From NCBI GenBank assembly GCA_021851885.1, contig JAJZBS010000002.1, forward strand, positions 3,162-67,161: a stretch of DNA of 64,000 nucleotides. Reading direction: 5' to 3'. Origin of the DNA: Actinomycetes bacterium (GTDB lineage Bacteria > Actinomycetota > Acidimicrobiia > Acidimicrobiales > JAMCQF01). Each line of letters begins with the position of its first letter. Position 1 is the first letter of the stretch. Below, in pieces: positions 60,014-64,000 of this stretch. The notes beneath the pieces were generated by a model. That model made no database searches. It saw only the letters and a program-made list of their open reading frames with translations, and had not been told where the DNA came from. The translations under genes were made by a program, and so were the position numbers.

Positions 60014-61219
60014 ATGGACTTCGAACTTTCGGAGGCGGCGAGCGACGCCAGCGAGCGGATGTGGCAGTTCATGCGCGAGGAGGTCTTCCCGGCGGAGCCG
60101 CGGTGGTACGAGCACCTGCGCACCCATGGGGAGCACAGCCACCCGCCGTTGATGGAGCAGCTGAAGGACTCCGCCCGCAGGCGCGGACTGTGGAACCTGT
60201 TCCTGCCGGAGTTGGGGGGGATGAGCAACGTCGACTACGCGGCGGTGGCCGAGATCTCCGGCTGGTCGCCGGTGATCGCCCCCGAGGCCATCAACTGCCA
60301 GGCGCCCGACTCCGGGAACATGGAGACCCTGAGCCTGTTCGCGACGCCTGCGCAGAAAGAGGCCTGGCTCAAACCGTTGCTCGACGGCGAGATCCGGTCG
60401 GCGTTCGCGATGAGCGAGCCCGATGTCGCCTCCTCCGACGCGACCAACATCGCTACCGTCATCCGCCGCGACGGCGACGAGTACGTCATCAACGGGCGGA
60501 AATGGTGGATCACCGGCACGGCCGACGAGCGCTGCTCGATCCTCATCGTCATGGGCAAGACTGATCCGGACGCCGAACCGCACCGCCAGCAGTCGATGGT
60601 CCTCGTCCCACGGGACACGCCTGGCGTGCACGTCGAGCGGCACCTGCCCATCTTCGGCTACCAGGACCAGCACGGTCACTCGGAGATCGTCCTCCGCGAC
60701 GTGCGCGTCCCGGCCGCAAACCTCCTGGGGGAAGAGGGTGACGGGTTCCGCATCGCCCAGGCACGCCTGGGACCGGGCCGCATCCACCACGCCATGCGGG
60801 CGATCGGCATGGCCGAGCGGGCGCTGGCGCTGATGGTGGACCGGTCCAGGTACCGGTCGGTGTTCGGCTCCAAGCTGTCCGATCACGCCGTCGTGCAGGA
60901 GCTCGTCGCGCAGTCGAGGATCGAGATCGACCAGGTCCGCCTGTACGTCTACCGCACGGCCTGGCTCATCGACCGCTACGGGGCGAAGGGGGCGCGTTCG
61001 GAGATCGCGGGGATCAAGGTGGCGGCACCGGCCATGGCCACCCGCGTCATCGACCGCGCCATCGAGGTGTTCGGTGCCATGGGCCTCAGCGACGACACGC
61101 CGCTCGCCTACTTCTACGCCTGGGCCCGGGCGCTGCGTGTGGTCGACGGACCGGACGCCGTGCACCGCCGGACGGTGGCGCGCCAGGAACTTCGCCGCGA
61201 GCGGCCGTACACCGGGTAG
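60014..61219 (+). CDS. Acyl-CoA dehydrogenase, FadE2/ACAD10-11-type
   Basis: SEPDVASSDATNI..YVINGRKWWITG is characteristic of the ACAD10/11-FadE2 clade (recall). No SD, with a -10-like hexamer 6 nt upstream of the ATG. Confidence 0.88.
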   Translation: MDFELSEAASDASERMWQFMREEVFPAEPRWYEHLRTHGEHSHPPLMEQLKDSARRRGLWNLFLPELGGMSNVDYAAVAEISGWSPVIAPEAINCQAPDSGNMETLSLFATPAQKEAWLKPLLDGEIRSAFAMSEPDVASSDATNIATVIRRDGDEYVINGRKWWITGTADERCSILIVMGKTDPDAEPHRQQSMVLVPRDTPGVHVERHLPIFGYQDQHGHSEIVLRDVRVPAANLLGEEGDGFRIAQARLGPGRIHHAMRAIGMAERALALMVDRSRYRSVFGSKLSDHAVVQELVAQSRIEIDQVRLYVYRTAWLIDRYGAKGARSEIAGIKVAAPAMATRVIDRAIEVFGAMGLSDDTPLAYFYAWARALRVVDGPDAVHRRTVARQELRRERPYTG

Positions 61220-61306
61220 CGGTGGGGACCACCGCCACGACGGCCGCCCAGGAACGCTTGATCCCGGGTTCGGATCCTGGCGCTGATGACGCACGTGAGA
61301 TAGAGT

Positions 61307-61321
61307 TTACGTTGAACGTTA
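61307..61321. promoter_or_regulatory. Dyad operator site O19
   Basis: TTACGTTGAACGTTA with a perfect core, followed by TAGATAAGAT. AAGGAGG and GTG 61348 come next. Confidence 0.6.
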
Positions 61322-61347
61322 GATAAGATCTGAAGGAGGGCGTCGCC

Positions 61348-62139
61348 GTGGCCGATGTGGAGCGGATCGACAAGGAAACGTTGTACGTGGAGACACACCT
61401 CGAACCGCGGTATGCGGTCATCACCCTGCATCGCCCGGACGTTCTGAACGCCGGGAGCCCGACGCTCTTCCGCGAGCTTGCGGAGACCATCGAGTCGTTC
61501 GACGGCGACGACCGGGTCCGCGCCGTGGTGCTGACCGGTGGTGACAGCCGGGCCTTCTCCGCCGGTGCCGACCTCGGCGGGATGACCTTCGACAACATGG
61601 CGAACTGCCGCAGCTTCATCCGCCAGGCACACGCTCCCTTCGAAGCGATCGAGCGGCTGCCCAAGGTGGTCATCGCAGCGGTCAACGGCTACGCCTTCGG
61701 TTTTGGTACCGAGATCGTGCTGGCCTGCGACCTGGCCCTTGCGTCGGACAAGGCCCGTTTCGGGCTCCGGGAGATGAACCACGGTCTGGTGCCGGCGGTG
61801 ACCATCACCCGCGGTGTCGACATGCTCGGCCGCCGCCGCGTGGCCTGGATGGCGCTCACCTCCGACGACCTGAACGCCGAGGAGGCCCGCGAGGTGGGGA
61901 TCGTCAACAAGGTGGTTCCCCACGAGCAGCTCGTGGAGGAGTACACGGCGCTGGCCACGCGCATGGCCAAGCGCGCTCCGCTGGCGGTCTCCTTCACCAA
62001 GTGGACCCTGAACCGGACGGCCGGCGAGCACTACCGCCAGGGGGAGAACCTGATGCCGGCGATCTTCGCCTCGAAGGACGTCGAGGAGGGCCGGAACGCC
62101 TTCGCCGAGCACCGGGATCCGGTGTTCCGTGGGGAGTGA
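61348..62139 (+). CDS. Enoyl-CoA hydratase/isomerase family protein
   Basis: AVITLHRPDVLNA...LTGGDSRAFSAGADL crotonase motif. Confidence 0.88.
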   Translation: MADVERIDKETLYVETHLEPRYAVITLHRPDVLNAGSPTLFRELAETIESFDGDDRVRAVVLTGGDSRAFSAGADLGGMTFDNMANCRSFIRQAHAPFEAIERLPKVVIAAVNGYAFGFGTEIVLACDLALASDKARFGLREMNHGLVPAVTITRGVDMLGRRRVAWMALTSDDLNAEEAREVGIVNKVVPHEQLVEEYTALATRMAKRAPLAVSFTKWTLNRTAGEHYRQGENLMPAIFASKDVEEGRNAFAEHRDPVFRGE

Positions 62140-62214
62140 CCGCTGCGTGACCGTGACGAACGAGGCCTCGCGACAACAGACGTCCGAGGGCTCACGACCG
62201 AAAAGGACTCTTGC

Positions 62215-62991
62215 ATGAGCGTGCTCGACCAGTTCCGTCTCGACGGCAGGGTGGCCATCGTGACCGGCGCGTCCTCGGGACTCGGCGTGGCCTTCGCCGA
62301 AGTCCTGGCCGATGCCGGCGCCGACCTGGTGCTCGGTGCCCGGCGGGTGGACCGCCTCGACGAAACTCGGCAGAAGGTGGAGGCGCTCGGCGGAAGGTGC
62401 GTCGCCGTCGCCACCGACGTCTCCGACGCAGCGCAGTGCAAGAGGCTCGTCGATACGGCCGTCTCCGAGCTCGGCCGGGTCGACATCCTCGTCAACAACG
62501 CGGGCGTCGGCTACGCCACCCCGGCCCACAAGGAGGACCCGGGCAACTTCAACGACATCCTGCAGATCAATCTGGTGGGTGCCTGGTTCATGGCGCAAGC
62601 GTTCGGCCAGGCGTGCATCGACGCAGGGCATGGGGGCTCGATCGTCAACGTGTCGTCCGTCCTCGGCATCAGCGGCAGCGAGATCCCGCAGGTTGCGTAC
62701 TCGGCCTCCAAGGCCGGGATGCTTGGGATGACCCGGGACCTCGCCATGCAGTGGGGAGGGCGACGGGGCATCCGCGTGAATGCCCTCGCCCCGAGCTTCT
62801 TCGACTCGGAGCTCACCGGTCCGCTGCTGGCCACTGAGGTCGGCAGGGAGAAGGTGCTGGCCCGCACCCCCATGGGACGGGTGGGAGAGGTGTCGGAGCT
62901 CGCGGGACCCCTGTTGCTGCTGGCTTCCGACGCCGGCTCGTACATCAATGGCATCACGCTCGCTGTCGATGGCGGCTGGAGCCTGCACTGA
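62215..62991 (+). CDS. SDR family oxidoreductase
   Basis: GRVAIVTGASSGLGV, NNAG and YSASKAG motifs. Same length as, and clearly paralogous to, 49097-49873. Confidence 0.88.
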   Translation: MSVLDQFRLDGRVAIVTGASSGLGVAFAEVLADAGADLVLGARRVDRLDETRQKVEALGGRCVAVATDVSDAAQCKRLVDTAVSELGRVDILVNNAGVGYATPAHKEDPGNFNDILQINLVGAWFMAQAFGQACIDAGHGGSIVNVSSVLGISGSEIPQVAYSASKAGMLGMTRDLAMQWGGRRGIRVNALAPSFFDSELTGPLLATEVGREKVLARTPMGRVGEVSELAGPLLLLASDAGSYINGITLAVDGGWSLH

Positions 62992-63092
62992 GCTCCACGG
63001 GACGGCGAGCGACGGATCCCTGAACGGTCGGCACCAGGACGGGTCGGTACCACGACGGACCGCCCATTCCTTCGAGCACGGTGAGGTCGCAT

Positions 63093-63602
63093 ATGGCTCC
63101 CACATCCGAAGACACCCCGGCCCGGCCGGCGGCCGGCGACGAGAAGGTCGCGCCAGCGGAGGGAGCTGCGGGCCAGACCGATGACGAGCAGCTCAGCATC
63201 GGCGAGCTGGCCGCGCTGGCGGCCGTCTCGACCAGGACGATCCGTTACTACGAGGAGCTCGGCATCCTGCCGGCCCCGCCCCGTACGTCAGGCGGCACCC
63301 GTCGATATCCGCGTGCCTACGTCTTCTACCTCCAGGGTGCCAAGGTCCTGAAACAGCTGGGCTTCGGCCTCGAGGAGATCGCCGAGCTCGGACAGTTCGC
63401 CCTGGTCGGCACATCCGCGTCGGCCCGGACTCGGGCCATCCTGCAGCAGAAGCAGACGGAGCTCAGTCGCCAGATCCGGGTGCTCGACCGGCTCCACGAG
63501 ATCGTCCGCGACGCCGTCGCGAAAGACCACCCCTCCGACCAGTCGCCCGTCACCGACCTGCTGCTCTGGGTCGGCACTGAGAACGGGTCGGTCGCCGATT
63601 GA
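63093..63602 (+). CDS. MerR family transcriptional regulator (paralog 2)
   Basis: HTH region IGELAALAAVSTRTIRYYEELGILPAPPRTSGGTRRYP. GGTGAGG lies 6 nt before ATG 63093. Confidence 0.88.
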   Translation: MAPTSEDTPARPAAGDEKVAPAEGAAGQTDDEQLSIGELAALAAVSTRTIRYYEELGILPAPPRTSGGTRRYPRAYVFYLQGAKVLKQLGFGLEEIAELGQFALVGTSASARTRAILQQKQTELSRQIRVLDRLHEIVRDAVAKDHPSDQSPVTDLLLWVGTENGSVAD

Positions 63603-63645
63603 GCACGGGCGCCGTCGTCGTGAGCGACTCGCGCACCCGTGGGCG

Positions 63646-64000
63646 TCACCCCGACGCGACAACCGCCGGGTCGACGTCGACGTTCGCGACGAAGTCGCTG
63701 GCCACGGCTCCGGGCTCGATCACCACGACGGTGACGCCGACGGTGGCGGCCACGGGCACCAGGCTCTCCATGAACCCCTCGACGGCGAACTTGGCCGCGC
63801 AGTAGGCCTCGTTGAACGGCTGGCCGATCGCGCCGCCGACGCTCGACACCGTCACCAGCCGGCCGCCCGAGGCACGCAGGTGGGGCATCGCCGCCTTGGT
63901 GACCGCCACCACGCCGAAGAAGTTGACCTCCATCACCCGGCGGACGTCGTCGACGGACTCGGTCTCGATCGTCCCCAGGTGGCCGGCGCCGGCGTTGTTG
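63646..64000 (-). CDS. SDR family oxidoreductase, 3' part (5' end outside window)
   Basis: The frame is open to the window edge: ...[31 protein letters not shown]...[10 protein letters not shown]... Confidence 0.8.
   Translation of the reverse strand, partial: NNAGAGHLGTIETESVDDVRRVMEVNFFGVVAVTKAAMPHLRASGGRLVTVSSVGGAIGQPFNEAYCAAKFAVEGFMESLVPVAATVGVTVVVIEPGAVASDFVANVDVDPAVVASG

Noticed and set aside
1-64000. Search for rRNA, tRNA, prophage, toxin-antitoxin, defence-system or biosynthetic (PKS/NRPS) signatures.
   Set aside because: I saw no cloverleaf-like or rRNA-like AT/GC patterns. No ORFs had nuclease, helicase, methylase, integrase, capsid or condensation-domain motifs. The content is uniformly catabolic enzymes, transport and regulators.

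Overview
This is a high-GC (about 68-70% by eye), actinobacterial-style chromosomal segment. It holds roughly 60 intact CDS with many GTG starts and 4-nt ATGA/GTGA overlaps. Nearly all genes serve CoA-dependent catabolism: 4 acyl-CoA synthetases, 5 enoyl-CoA hydratases, 3 acyl-CoA dehydrogenases, a thiolase, a MaoC hydratase and a two-subunit CoA-transferase. There are also 3 KstD/CrtI-like flavoproteins, 4 luciferase-like (F420-type) oxidoreductases, 8 SDRs, several MDR dehydrogenases, 4 NTF2/SnoaL-like proteins and VOC/EthD proteins. The window further carries a CUT2-type ABC importer and a MeaB plus split B12 acyl-CoA mutase set. Regulators are one TetR and two paralogous MerR genes. I saw no rRNA, tRNA, CRISPR array or intact mobile element. 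The main signal is a dyad, T[T/A/G]ACGT-N3-ACGT[A/C]A, that recurs at about 19 promoter regions. It often runs into a TANNNT -10-like hexamer and precedes almost every transcription unit from about 5 kb to 63 kb, which suggests one large, apparently uncharacterised regulon. Other notable items:
- an acyl-CoA mutase whose substrate-pocket motifs are non-canonical;
- a split kinase plus FadE2/ACAD10-11-type dehydrogenase pair;
- a 20-bp x3 tandem repeat that triplicates a translation start;
- short SD-driven uORFs coupled by GTGA overlaps;
- an unusually high number of gene remnants (at least 6), several lying next to dyad sites.
All functional calls rest on reading the translated ORFs and recalling family motifs. 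No database search was run.
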